Below are positions 23,998 through 32,240 of a stretch of 34,661 nucleotides of DNA, piece after piece. This stretch comes from a virus (taxonomy: Duplodnaviria > Caudoviricetes), in IMG/VR virus record IMGVR_UViG_3300049472_000056, positions 1 to 34,661 of that record. The stretch is one strand, 5' to 3'. Numbering within the stretch: the first letter of the stretch is position 1; every line of letters begins with the position of its first letter. A program made the position numbers and the translations under genes. The notes below the pieces were generated by a model. The model did not search any database. It saw only the letters and a program-made list of their open reading frames with translations, and was not told the DNA's origin.

Positions 23998-24306
23998 TCA
24001 GCCTCCAAAGAATGAAGCAAAAAGGATTGATTGTTCAAAAGTCGGACGGTCAGAGTGAGCCGCGCTAGATGCAGCGTGTGCGGCTACCTCAGCTCTGGCA
24101 TATGCACCAGCTTGGATAGGGCCTACGGCTCCGACGAGAGTCAGTGCGGCATCTGCCGTGGTTGCGGCGAGAATCTGAAGACCGACAGTGCCAGGCACTA
24201 CGCCAAGAACAGTGTCTGCATCCACTGACGTAATCACTGCGGCGGTATCGTCTTCAAAGACAATTTCGACAGCTGGAACAATAACTGATAGGGTTACATT
24301 GCTCAC
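23998..24306 (-). CDS. Hypothetical structural protein
   Basis: Operonic; VAAHAASSAAH fibre-like motif. Confidence 0.6.
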   Translation of the reverse strand: MSNVTLSVIVPAVEIVFEDDTAAVITSVDADTVLGVVPGTVGLQILAATTADAALTLVGAVGPIQAGAYARAEVAAHAASSAAHSDRPTFEQSILFASFFGG

Positions 24307-24704
24307 GGGGTCACCTCACGCGAGATGATCACCTTTCCGCCGAGGATAGTCAGCTGATTGGTTCCGTCCTGCAACTCGACATCATAAACGCCTACATCAA
24401 CCAACTGCTGCGAAACTGCGGTTGATCCAGGGATGGCGGCGGCAAGCGTAGTGGTATTGGCTGCCGACAGAGTGACCCGGCAAACGCCACTTGTAGGGGT
24501 TGGGAATGTGACGGTTCCGGTAACAATATCAGATGCGGAGGCGTAGTCAGAGCGTATAGAGCACGTCCCGGTTACGCCAGTCAGGTCTACGCCCGTTCCG
24601 TTCAATTTAACCGTGAATTGCAGAGCCACATTATCGCCCTCGCGGATAGTCCAGTCACGCGATCCAGGAGCTTGAATATAGATTAGATTATCAAGGGCAG
24701 CCAT
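24303..24704 (-). CDS. BppU-N-like Ig-fold adaptor protein
   Basis: IREGD...VDLTG...G.CRVTLSAANT...GVYDVEL...G.V.I..EVT. Confidence 0.7.
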   Translation of the reverse strand: MAALDNLIYIQAPGSRDWTIREGDNVALQFTVKLNGTGVDLTGVTGTCSIRSDYASASDIVTGTVTFPTPTSGVCRVTLSAANTTTLAAAIPGSTAVSQQLVDVGVYDVELQDGTNQLTILGGKVIISREVTP

Positions 24705-25033
24705 TAGATGCTCCCTTGCTGAACTTCTAGCTCAAACAGCGGCCAAGTAGTCTTTTTTCCTGAGCGGGTTACTTCAATTTCAAGCCAAGCGTCGCCACGC
24801 TGAAGTGATTCAGTAGCGGAAGCCGGGAACTCGCAAACGACTCGACCAGTTGACCATGCGGCACCTGATGCGCTTGAACTTTGCAGAGTTGAAGCAACCA
24901 ATTGCTTACCACGGGAGTCCTGCAACGCAGCGTAAATCGTTGCGCCGGAAACGTTTACAAGCACGCCGTTTTCGTACAGATCCTGCACCAACGCAATGTC
25001 ATCGCCGGGCGTGATGATAGGTGGCTGCGGCAT
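24704..25033 (-). CDS. BppU-N-like adaptor protein (paralog-like)
   Basis: ITPGDD...VNVSGAT...G.VVCEFPASAT..L..G.AWLEIEV. Confidence 0.65.
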   Translation of the reverse strand: MPQPPIITPGDDIALVQDLYENGVLVNVSGATIYAALQDSRGKQLVASTLQSSSASGAAWSTGRVVCEFPASATESLQRGDAWLEIEVTRSGKKTTWPLFELEVQQGSI

Positions 25034-25040
25034 GCGCCGA

Positions 25041-25205
25041 CTATCCGCGTGAAGACCTTACCTCAATGTTACGCGTGGTGCGAGTGCTACTGTTTACCAT
25101 ATATCTGGTGGTAATACTTCGCTGCCAACGCCTGCCAATTGGGCTTGGAGTAGGTGGGGCGGATTCACCTAAGGCCCAATTGCGCAGGAGTAGCAGGAGG
25201 CTCAT
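25041..25205 (-). CDS. Small hypothetical protein (54 aa)
   Basis: Manual translation MSLLLLLRNWALGESAPP...; GGAG RBS; fills the operon gap. Confidence 0.5.
   Translation of the reverse strand: MSLLLLLRNWALGESAPPTPSPIGRRWQRSITTRYMVNSSTRTTRNIEVRSSRG
25073..25090 (-). promoter_or_regulatory. 18-bp late-promoter motif, copy 2
   Basis: GTAGCACTCGCACCACGC, 40 bp upstream of the ATG at 25033. Confidence 0.7.
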
Positions 25206-25208
25206 GGA

Positions 25209-25421
25209 TTACTCAGGAGTAATGTCCGTCCAGGTGTCTTCATCCCAATTGTAATCCATCAGCTTCTGAACACCTTCGGAGGTGTCTGGAATACGAAGCC
25301 AAAGCCGGGTTGGATCCTGCGAGATGTCAGCCGGGCGAGTGATGTCCCAGCTTCCGTTGTTGTTATTAACAACGATTGAGTCAGGGGCGGCGAAGCGTCG
25401 GGTGTATTCGAAGTCAGTCAT
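25209..25421 (-). CDS. Hypothetical protein (70 aa)
   Basis: GAGGA RBS; operonic. Confidence 0.65.
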   Translation of the reverse strand: MTDFEYTRRFAAPDSIVVNNNNGSWDITRPADISQDPTRLWLRIPDTSEGVQKLMDYNWDEDTWTDITPE

Positions 25422-25438
25422 GGTTAATCCTCGTGTGT

Positions 25439-27484
25439 TTACGACAGCGACATTTCGACGGCGTGCTCACTGGCGGCGACTGCCCCAGTGTCTGCCACGG
25501 CTATACCCGTGGTAAGTGCGTAGGCGATACCCGTAGCGAGACGCCGGCCAAAGGGACCGCAGTTCACAACGGTCAGGCTGTTAGGCGCAAGGTAGATGGT
25601 CGCGACAGGAGTGTCAGTGCCAACCGTTGGCGCACTGGCCTTGTTGTACAGCTTAAAGTACCGAGCCGCTGGATTGAGGTTGCTGATGCTCAGTGTGTTA
25701 ATCATCCCAGCGCTAGCTTTGACGCTTGTTGCATTGGTAGATGCTGCGCTGATTGCGTGGTGCGTCGTGCTGGAGCCCTGTGCAGAGCTGGCGACCAAGT
25801 TGACAAGCCATGCGGTAGTGTTCGCGGTATTACCCGGCTGAACCGTCCAAGTTCCGTTTTGGCTGGCTGCTTGGATTGACGGTATCTGTGTGCTCGCGGT
25901 TGGAAAGCCATTCACGACAATCGTTGTCGTGCCAGCGGTAGTCGCGGTGGTGAGTCGGAGACGCAGATAGCGGGCGTGGCGCGGTGTCTTACGAATTGCT
26001 GCTGCGCTGATGGTCCCGGCCGCAGCGCCTGCGGCATCGGTCAGTACCGCATTTGCTACAGTTGGGAAGGTGGGCGAATTAGACCAAGCGGTGGTGATAA
26101 CGCCGGTAGTGCCAACGCTTTGAAAATCAATGCTGATTTCCGCAAACTGCTGGCAGTCAATAATCAGCAAATCAGTGTTGATTGGAATCACACCGGCTTG
26201 CGAATAGGTAAACGTCTTGGACGGAGCAGGGGCGGCGATTATCTTTGCCGAGTCCGAAAACAGGGCGGTTTCCACTGCATCATGGTTCTTGCACGTTACG
26301 TAGTCTACAACGATGTTCGTATTACTAGCCGGAGCGACAGCCCCGTTAACACATTCAACTACGCACGCAAATGTATCGTCCTGCTGCGGGATGACGTTCA
26401 CGTGCTCCGCTACAAGCATGCCGCCGATATAGAACGCTACGCGGTCGGCAAGCACTTCAACGCGCAAATCCTGCGCGGTTACGGTACTTTGCCCGTTGGG
26501 AATAGTTAGAGTGGTTGATTGCGTCTCGCTGGCAGACGGAGCGCCGGTCGGGTTACGGCCGGTTTCAGCGATGACGGTAGTGGCGACCGTGCCGTTAAAC
26601 CGGAACCGAGCAAACCAACGGGGTGTGGCCGCGTCTTCGCGCAATCCAGCCAAGATGTTTTGATTTACGATGCGCTGAGAAAGGCTCAGGCGCGCCCGAA
26701 AAACAATGGGGCAGTAGTCAACCTTACGCAGCAAGCCCGTGGCTTGGTCAGCCGTCGTCCCACAGGCCAGGGTTGCCGCACCACTGGCGACCGTAATCGC
26801 ACTGGCGTTCATCGGGCGCATGTTGACTCGCGAAGCCGCTCCACTGGTTGCCGCTCCGAGGTACGGCCCAACCAGGGTAAACTCAGTTTGGCTGTCGAGG
26901 CTGGCGATCTGCGTCCATGCGCTTTCGCCGTCGGCGTCGAACTTGAAATAGTTGCCCCACTTCACATCCAGCGTGTCTGGGAACGTGCCAGTGACTACAT
27001 CGCCAGAAACGGAGCATGAGCCGATGGCTACTTCAATGGACGAGTTCGCGAAGTTTGCGCGGAATGTCCCCTCGTCAGTTAGAACGAGTGACCGCGACAC
27101 GAGCGCGCCGCCCTGGTCAACCGAGATCTGACCGCCGCCCAAGTCCGCCCGATTGTAGCCGGGTGCCCACGACTGGCCGAGTCCTTCCGGAGCGGTGCGG
27201 ATGATGTCAGCAAGAGCCGCAACCAGGGCATCCAGCTTCGTGTTGCCGGTTGTCTGAAGCGCAGACGTTGCCGCGCCAGTAGGCAGTGGCTGGGCAGATG
27301 ACAGGGCCGTAACTGCGGCAGTAACCGCGTCTACATCCGTCTTGGAAGCGGGAAGTATCGTGGTGCCGGTCGCAGGGTCAGCAGCCAACACGTGCTGCAC
27401 CTTTACTCCGCCAAGTACAGTCGTCGCTACATCCTCGTTCGTGGCTCCTACGGCGGCGGTATTGGTATTGACGAGCGTACCCAT
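25439..27484 (-). CDS. Large Thr/Ala-rich virion protein (head decoration/spike or fibre)
   Basis: Directly after the capsid gene; several beta-sandwich-like segments; C-terminal STNATSVKASAG...KLYNKASAPTVGTDTPV domain. Confidence 0.65.
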   Translation of the reverse strand: MGTLVNTNTAAVGATNEDVATTVLGGVKVQHVLAADPATGTTILPASKTDVDAVTAAVTALSSAQPLPTGAATSALQTTGNTKLDALVAALADIIRTAPEGLGQSWAPGYNRADLGGGQISVDQGGALVSRSLVLTDEGTFRANFANSSIEVAIGSCSVSGDVVTGTFPDTLDVKWGNYFKFDADGESAWTQIASLDSQTEFTLVGPYLGAATSGAASRVNMRPMNASAITVASGAATLACGTTADQATGLLRKVDYCPIVFRARLSLSQRIVNQNILAGLREDAATPRWFARFRFNGTVATTVIAETGRNPTGAPSASETQSTTLTIPNGQSTVTAQDLRVEVLADRVAFYIGGMLVAEHVNVIPQQDDTFACVVECVNGAVAPASNTNIVVDYVTCKNHDAVETALFSDSAKIIAAPAPSKTFTYSQAGVIPINTDLLIIDCQQFAEISIDFQSVGTTGVITTAWSNSPTFPTVANAVLTDAAGAAAGTISAAAIRKTPRHARYLRLRLTTATTAGTTTIVVNGFPTASTQIPSIQAASQNGTWTVQPGNTANTTAWLVNLVASSAQGSSTTHHAISAASTNATSVKASAGMINTLSISNLNPAARYFKLYNKASAPTVGTDTPVATIYLAPNSLTVVNCGPFGRRLATGIAYALTTGIAVADTGAVAASEHAVEMSLS

Positions 27485-27493
27485 GTAATCCCT

Positions 27494-27531
27494 AAATAAA
27501 AAGCGGCGGCGAGGTGATCCCCGCCGCCGCT
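27494..27531 (-). terminator. Rho-independent terminator after the major capsid gene
   Basis: 10-bp stem AGCGGCGGCG/CGCCGCCGCT followed by TTTTATTT on the minus strand. Confidence 0.85.
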
Positions 27532-27556
27532 AAGTGGCGTCTGCGTGCCGCGAAGA

Positions 27557-28732
27557 TCAGCCGAGCAGGGTCGCTGCGTGGCGGCTGGCGATGGCCGAGG
27601 TGCCCCAGGCCAGGGCGACTTCGTAGCGAACCTGGCGGTACTGGCGATACACGGCGAATTCGAAAGGCAGGCCGCTGACCGGATCGAAGATGGTCTGGCG
27701 GTCATCAGCAGCGTCACCGCCCTCAGGTAGTTCGGGCAGGCGGGCGGCCAGCTGGAAGGCACCCTTATGGAACACGGTCGAAGGCGTGTAGTTGTTGCCA
27801 ACGGTGATAGCCGCATTGTCAGCGATTGCGACCCGGATGCCGGGCGCGGCGATCGTGATGGTGCCCGCGGCGGCATTCAGTCCGGTGACCACGATGTACT
27901 TGTTGACGGTATCGCCCGCGAAGGTGATCACATCGCCGGCCTTGAAGCCAGTCGCGCCACCAGTGCCAGTGTCGAATGGCACCGAGGTGGCCCCGACTGC
28001 CAGGCCGGCGCCATTGTTCACCAGCGCGCCGGTCATCGTGCCCTTGACGAAGGTGCCAATGGCTCCCGACTCGCCGGTTGCGAGGCCCATGATGCGACCG
28101 ATGACGCCCTCACGCAGCATGGAATCAGTGCCGGCTTCACTGACTTTGAAAAGGTTGGACTGCTTGCCCATCATCTGAGCGCCAGCAGTGGTGTTGAGCA
28201 CCATTCGAAGATCGGTCTGGGGCGCGCCGTTGTCCTTCAGGATCTTCAGCGTCTGGGTCACGTCCGAAAAATCACCCGAGGTTGCGAATGGGGTGGTGCC
28301 GGCGATGCCGTAGGCACGCGACGCCAACAGCGCAGTGGTGGCCAGGTCGGTCTCGACTTCATTCGCCAGGGTGCGGATGGCCTGAGCGATCATGGCCGCC
28401 TTCGTGGTGGCGTACGGGGCAACGCCCACCGCGGTCGACATGCCGACGACTTCGGTGCCATTGAAGTTGAACGGCACTGCCTTGGCTTTGGTAATCGTGA
28501 CATCAACATTGCCGACCACGATGCCGGCGCTGTTCGGGCTCTGGTTGCTCGGGGTGATATTTTCCGACGCCATTGCAGGAACCACCGGACTGCGCACGAC
28601 TTGACCGACGGCGGCGCGACTAGCCTGGCCGTCCTTATTCACGGCCGGGATGAAGCCGACCAGTTCCCGACTCACGGTGTCAAGAGCTTCGTAGATGGTC
28701 GATACGAGACCGGTGATGGTATTAGCGGACAT
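27557..28732 (-). CDS. Major capsid protein (P22 coat-like, HK97 fold)
   Basis: MSANTITGL...LDTVSRELVGFIPAV...AQAIRTLANEVE.DL...DPVSGL.FE...YRQYRQ..YEVALAWG; follows the protease; GGAG RBS. Confidence 0.9.
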   Translation of the reverse strand: MSANTITGLVSTIYEALDTVSRELVGFIPAVNKDGQASRAAVGQVVRSPVVPAMASENITPSNQSPNSAGIVVGNVDVTITKAKAVPFNFNGTEVVGMSTAVGVAPYATTKAAMIAQAIRTLANEVETDLATTALLASRAYGIAGTTPFATSGDFSDVTQTLKILKDNGAPQTDLRMVLNTTAGAQMMGKQSNLFKVSEAGTDSMLREGVIGRIMGLATGESGAIGTFVKGTMTGALVNNGAGLAVGATSVPFDTGTGGATGFKAGDVITFAGDTVNKYIVVTGLNAAAGTITIAAPGIRVAIADNAAITVGNNYTPSTVFHKGAFQLAARLPELPEGGDAADDRQTIFDPVSGLPFEFAVYRQYRQVRYEVALAWGTSAIASRHAATLLG

Positions 28733-28807
28733 GAATCACTCCAGCCCGCTGTTGTGCGGGAAATCGAGCGGTTTATTGAAAGGGAGAGAAAGAGCGGTTA
28801 GTGACGA

Positions 28808-29236
28808 TCAATCAGCGACAACGACCAGCCCCTTGCGGATGTCAGCGACATAGGCCGCTTGGTTGGAGTTGAACTCATCACGGCTAATTTTCTTGACGGT
28901 CGCTTCTCCAGCGTCCGACTTGATGGTATTACCGGCCTGACCACCCTTAGCGTGCGCCTCAAGCGCATCGGCCTTAGCCTTGGCTTCGATGGCGGCAAGT
29001 TCGGCGGCGGCCTTTGCGGTGTCGGCGGCGATAACCTTAGCGCGCATTTCTTCGATTTCAGCCTTGAGCCGGGCCAGTTCAGCGGCATCAGCGGCAGACT
29101 TGGCTTCGACTTCCTTGGCATTCACGGCTGCAAGGATCTGCTCTTCCGTGTGGTCGCTGGCTGCCATCTCCCAGACCAGGGCAGCCTGCGCGGGGTGGGC
29201 ATCTGCAATGGCCTTGGCCTGTTTGATCAGCGACAT
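28808..29236 (-). CDS. Nested in-frame scaffold protein (Nu3-like)
   Basis: Internal GGAG-N8-ATG (MSLIKQAK...) after a low-complexity linker; Ala/Glu/Lys coiled coil. Confidence 0.6.
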   Translation of the reverse strand: MSLIKQAKAIADAHPAQAALVWEMAASDHTEEQILAAVNAKEVEAKSAADAAELARLKAEIEEMRAKVIAADTAKAAAELAAIEAKAKADALEAHAKGGQAGNTIKSDAGEATVKKISRDEFNSNQAAYVADIRKGLVVVAD

Positions 29237-30193
29237 AACGTCTTCTCCAGTTGGATTGTTTGAAAGTAATGTAGCGGACCCTTCGACAACAGTTGCCGTG
29301 GTGCTAATGCTACCTTTGGGCTTCTTGGTGCGGTCCATTGAAGACACGACCGATTCCCAGGATGCGATGGAATCCACCAATCCGATTCGAATGCCTTCCG
29401 TGGCCGTGAACACCTCGCCGGTTGCAGCCTGGTCCATTTGTGACTGATCCATGCCCCGTCCAGATGCAACGGCGTCGGCGAAGAGCTGGTGGAGATCGGC
29501 AACAACCTTTTGCACACTGGCCAGCTGCTCAGATGAAAGTGCCTCGTTTGCAGTGCCGGGGGCCTTGAGTCCAACCGAGCGAACCACATGGACCTTATAG
29601 CCGGCCTTCTCCTGATTCTTGGAGGCGTCTACCAGTGCCATGATGACGCCGATGGAGCCTACCAAGGAACCGGGGGCAGACGCGATGACCTGATCGGCCT
29701 GCGATGCCAGCCAGTAACCAGCGGATGCGGCCAGACCGTCAACGAATGCGATTACCTGCTTGCCGGATTCAGAGGCAGCACGGATAGCCGCGCCAGTCTC
29801 AGCGGTGCCAGCAACCGACCCGCCCGGCGAGTCAATGCGCAGAATAATGCGGGAAATGTTGGGGTTTCCTGCGGCTTTGGCCAAGTCGGCTTGGATGCTT
29901 TCCGCACTGCGTCCCTGATCCTGGCAAGCGCCGTTGATCTGGTCGGAGTAGCGAGCAAGAACGCCACGAACCGGGATGATTGCAGTATCGCCACGGATTT
30001 GCATCACAGGCTCGCCAGCGGATCCCATGTCCTCCATGCCGAATGCGGCGCGATGGCCTTGAGCCTCGCGGATCTGCTCGGGAGTAGCACGGATACCAGC
30101 ATCGTGATTCTCAACGATGCGAATCAGCGAATCAAACACGCCGGGGATGATTGCCCAGTGTTGTGCAGAGAGGAAACGAAGGGCTGGGCTCAT
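28808..30193 (-). CDS. S49 (SppA-like) prohead protease with C-terminal scaffold, lambda gpC-like
   Basis: IDSPGGSV, AASAGYWLASQA, VGSIGV, GLVD motifs. Confidence 0.93.
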   Translation of the reverse strand: MSPALRFLSAQHWAIIPGVFDSLIRIVENHDAGIRATPEQIREAQGHRAAFGMEDMGSAGEPVMQIRGDTAIIPVRGVLARYSDQINGACQDQGRSAESIQADLAKAAGNPNISRIILRIDSPGGSVAGTAETGAAIRAASESGKQVIAFVDGLAASAGYWLASQADQVIASAPGSLVGSIGVIMALVDASKNQEKAGYKVHVVRSVGLKAPGTANEALSSEQLASVQKVVADLHQLFADAVASGRGMDQSQMDQAATGEVFTATEGIRIGLVDSIASWESVVSSMDRTKKPKGSISTTATVVEGSATLLSNNPTGEDVMSLIKQAKAIADAHPAQAALVWEMAASDHTEEQILAAVNAKEVEAKSAADAAELARLKAEIEEMRAKVIAADTAKAAAELAAIEAKAKADALEAHAKGGQAGNTIKSDAGEATVKKISRDEFNSNQAAYVADIRKGLVVVAD

Positions 30194-31716
30194 GGTGCAT
30201 CCTCTGGCGTACCAGCGTCGGGCTCTGCTGTTGGCTCCGTCGCCGGTTCGTCCTGCGGCTCCTGTGGATTTGTGCTTGTTGGGGATTCGAATACTGCTGC
30301 GGCGGAGTTTTGTGGCGTTTCGATCTGGACATCATGCGACTCAAGCCACCGGTCGTCCTCTTCGCGCTGGGCGATCGAATCACGGAAATCAACGCCAGAT
30401 TCGCCGAATAGGCCGGTAAGATCTCGACCGAGATCCTTCCAGGCCTGCACCGCGTTGGCTTCCTTGAGTGGATCCGGCATGGACCGAGCGGGGCGCACAT
30501 AACGGCCCTTCATCAGCTCACGCAGAGTCATCCCCTGTGGTGCAATGATCCGCCCCGAAAGAAGCGCTTCTTGAATGATGTTTGCATCAAGGATCGATGA
30601 CACTTGCTCAATGTGGTCGTCCTGCCACTTCTCGCACTGGCGGTAAAACTGGAGCCACGCCGACCGGCTCGCGGCCATGTTGGTCTTGCCAAGCTGGGCG
30701 AGTACGACATCGATTGGCAGCCCCCATGCCGCAAACTGATTGCGGTACAAAGTGTCAAGAAACGCCTGCATGTCCTGGCCATTGAAGGCCCAGGACGGGA
30801 AGAACATTTCAGCATCTGGTCCGACGTAGTAGACCTTGCCCGGCTCCAGCGTGGTATTCGGTCCCCACACTGCGCCGTTGCGGTCCTTCTTTGCAGCGCC
30901 TGCCGGGTCTTCACACTTGATAAAGATCGGGTGGCATGCCTGGATGCGCTTGGCAACCACGTAGGCATCAATCATCTTCTTGACCTGAGTGGCCAAGTAG
31001 AGGAGTGGCGAGAACATCGAAAGGCCACGGTACGAACCGGGGACGCGCTTACCGATGCGATGGATCACGCAGGCTACGCCGTTGTCGTCGTACCAGGGGA
31101 CGAATTTCCAGTCGGACTTTTTGTAGGAGTAGACGCCGAGACGCTGTGGCGGACGTACCCAGATGCCGGTTGGTGCACCATTGACATCCAGTGCAAAGCC
31201 CTGGTAAAGCCGGTCGGAATCGTTCATTCCAGGAGGATTGCAGACCCGATCACGACGCAGGAAGCGCCAGCACGTAGCGCCGTATGACCATGCACGACCT
31301 GGGAGGTAGCACTTTACCGCAAACGACTCGCCACGGATTGCGGCCTGCTCGGATAGGCCAATCTCGAACTCACGGCGGGTCATCATCCCAGCTGCGTCAA
31401 GGGAGCGTCCTTCCGATGCTTCGCTAATCTCGGTTTCGATCTGCTGGCGTAGGTCAGTTTCCGCCGTGCTGGTAGCTCCCTTATTCCCGTCCAGCTCCAC
31501 CAAGCTACGAAACTTCAGCCCGCGTGCTCCCTGCTCGCCCATGGTTTTTGCCGCCAAAAGGGCAGCGATAACCACATCATTGCGGACGGCATCGGCTGAA
31601 CGGGTCGCTAGTTCGTTGGCGTCGTAGATCCACAAATCGTCGGCATCGGGATCAGTACCGAGCCAGCCACCCTGGAGACGATTGGCACTCGCGCCCTGAT
31701 GAGCGTTGGTGATCAT
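30190..31716 (-). CDS. Portal protein, lambda family
   Basis: L..RS.DAVRND, RGLSMFSP, NMAASR, DPLKEANA motifs; 508 aa; position fits. Confidence 0.9.
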   Translation of the reverse strand: MITNAHQGASANRLQGGWLGTDPDADDLWIYDANELATRSADAVRNDVVIAALLAAKTMGEQGARGLKFRSLVELDGNKGATSTAETDLRQQIETEISEASEGRSLDAAGMMTRREFEIGLSEQAAIRGESFAVKCYLPGRAWSYGATCWRFLRRDRVCNPPGMNDSDRLYQGFALDVNGAPTGIWVRPPQRLGVYSYKKSDWKFVPWYDDNGVACVIHRIGKRVPGSYRGLSMFSPLLYLATQVKKMIDAYVVAKRIQACHPIFIKCEDPAGAAKKDRNGAVWGPNTTLEPGKVYYVGPDAEMFFPSWAFNGQDMQAFLDTLYRNQFAAWGLPIDVVLAQLGKTNMAASRSAWLQFYRQCEKWQDDHIEQVSSILDANIIQEALLSGRIIAPQGMTLRELMKGRYVRPARSMPDPLKEANAVQAWKDLGRDLTGLFGESGVDFRDSIAQREEDDRWLESHDVQIETPQNSAAAVFESPTSTNPQEPQDEPATEPTAEPDAGTPEDAP

Positions 31717-31979
31717 GAGAACTCTACAAACTGGCCGATGACGCCGCCGCTATCCAGCGACTCGAAACGGATAGCCATATCCACGGCTTCTTTGATAGAG
31801 ATACGGGTGATGCTGACGCCGTTGGCCCCAGTGGTCTGCCAGGGGAGTTCGCATTCGCCGGACCCGTTGATAATCGCGTTATCAATTGCGCGACGGAGCA
31901 ATGCGGCCTTATCGGACCATCCAAGAGCATTTGCCTGGGCGTCGGCAAGTGCCGCCTGAATCTGGGCAGTAGTTGCCAT
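31713..31979 (-). CDS. Head-tail joining protein (gpW-like)
   Basis: Small helix-hairpin-helix ORF between terminase and portal, as in lambda. Confidence 0.6.
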   Translation of the reverse strand: MATTAQIQAALADAQANALGWSDKAALLRRAIDNAIINGSGECELPWQTTGANGVSITRISIKEAVDMAIRFESLDSGGVIGQFVEFS

Positions 31980-32018
31980 GGGGCCAGACTAGCGACTGAG
32001 ATCAACCCGCACCCTTGG

Positions 32019-32036
32019 GCGTGGTGCGAGTGCTAC
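32019..32036 (-). promoter_or_regulatory. 18-bp late-promoter motif, copy 1
   Basis: GTAGCACTCGCACCACGC, 40 bp upstream of the ATG at 31979; -10-like TAGTCT lies 6 nt before the ATG. Confidence 0.7.
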
Positions 32037-32239
32037 CCTATGACAATAGCCTTAGCAATTTTACGCTCCAACATTCGGTAACGCGCCTTGCACTTTCGGC
32101 ACTCGTACCAGTTGATGGTGCCGTTGCTTGCCCTTGTCCCGCGCCACCATTGAAGCCCTACGCTTCCGCAGACTGGGCAACATGCCACCGGCGCTAGCGT
32201 GGAGGTGTCGCCCGGCTTCCAGTTTGGGTCTGTGGCCAT
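32033..32239 (-). CDS. Zn-ribbon protein, Ogr/Delta-like putative late activator
   Basis: CPVCGS...TR...WYECRKCKARY; GGAGG RBS; starts 1 nt after the terL stop. Confidence 0.65.
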   Translation of the reverse strand: MATDPNWKPGDTSTLAPVACCPVCGSVGLQWWRGTRASNGTINWYECRKCKARYRMLERKIAKAIVIG

Positions 32240-32240
32240 A

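Noticed and set aside
27767-31287. Long plus-strand ORFs (27767-28801, 29588-30502, 30604-31287)
   Set aside because: Shadows of the GC3-biased capsid, protease and portal genes; no motifs.
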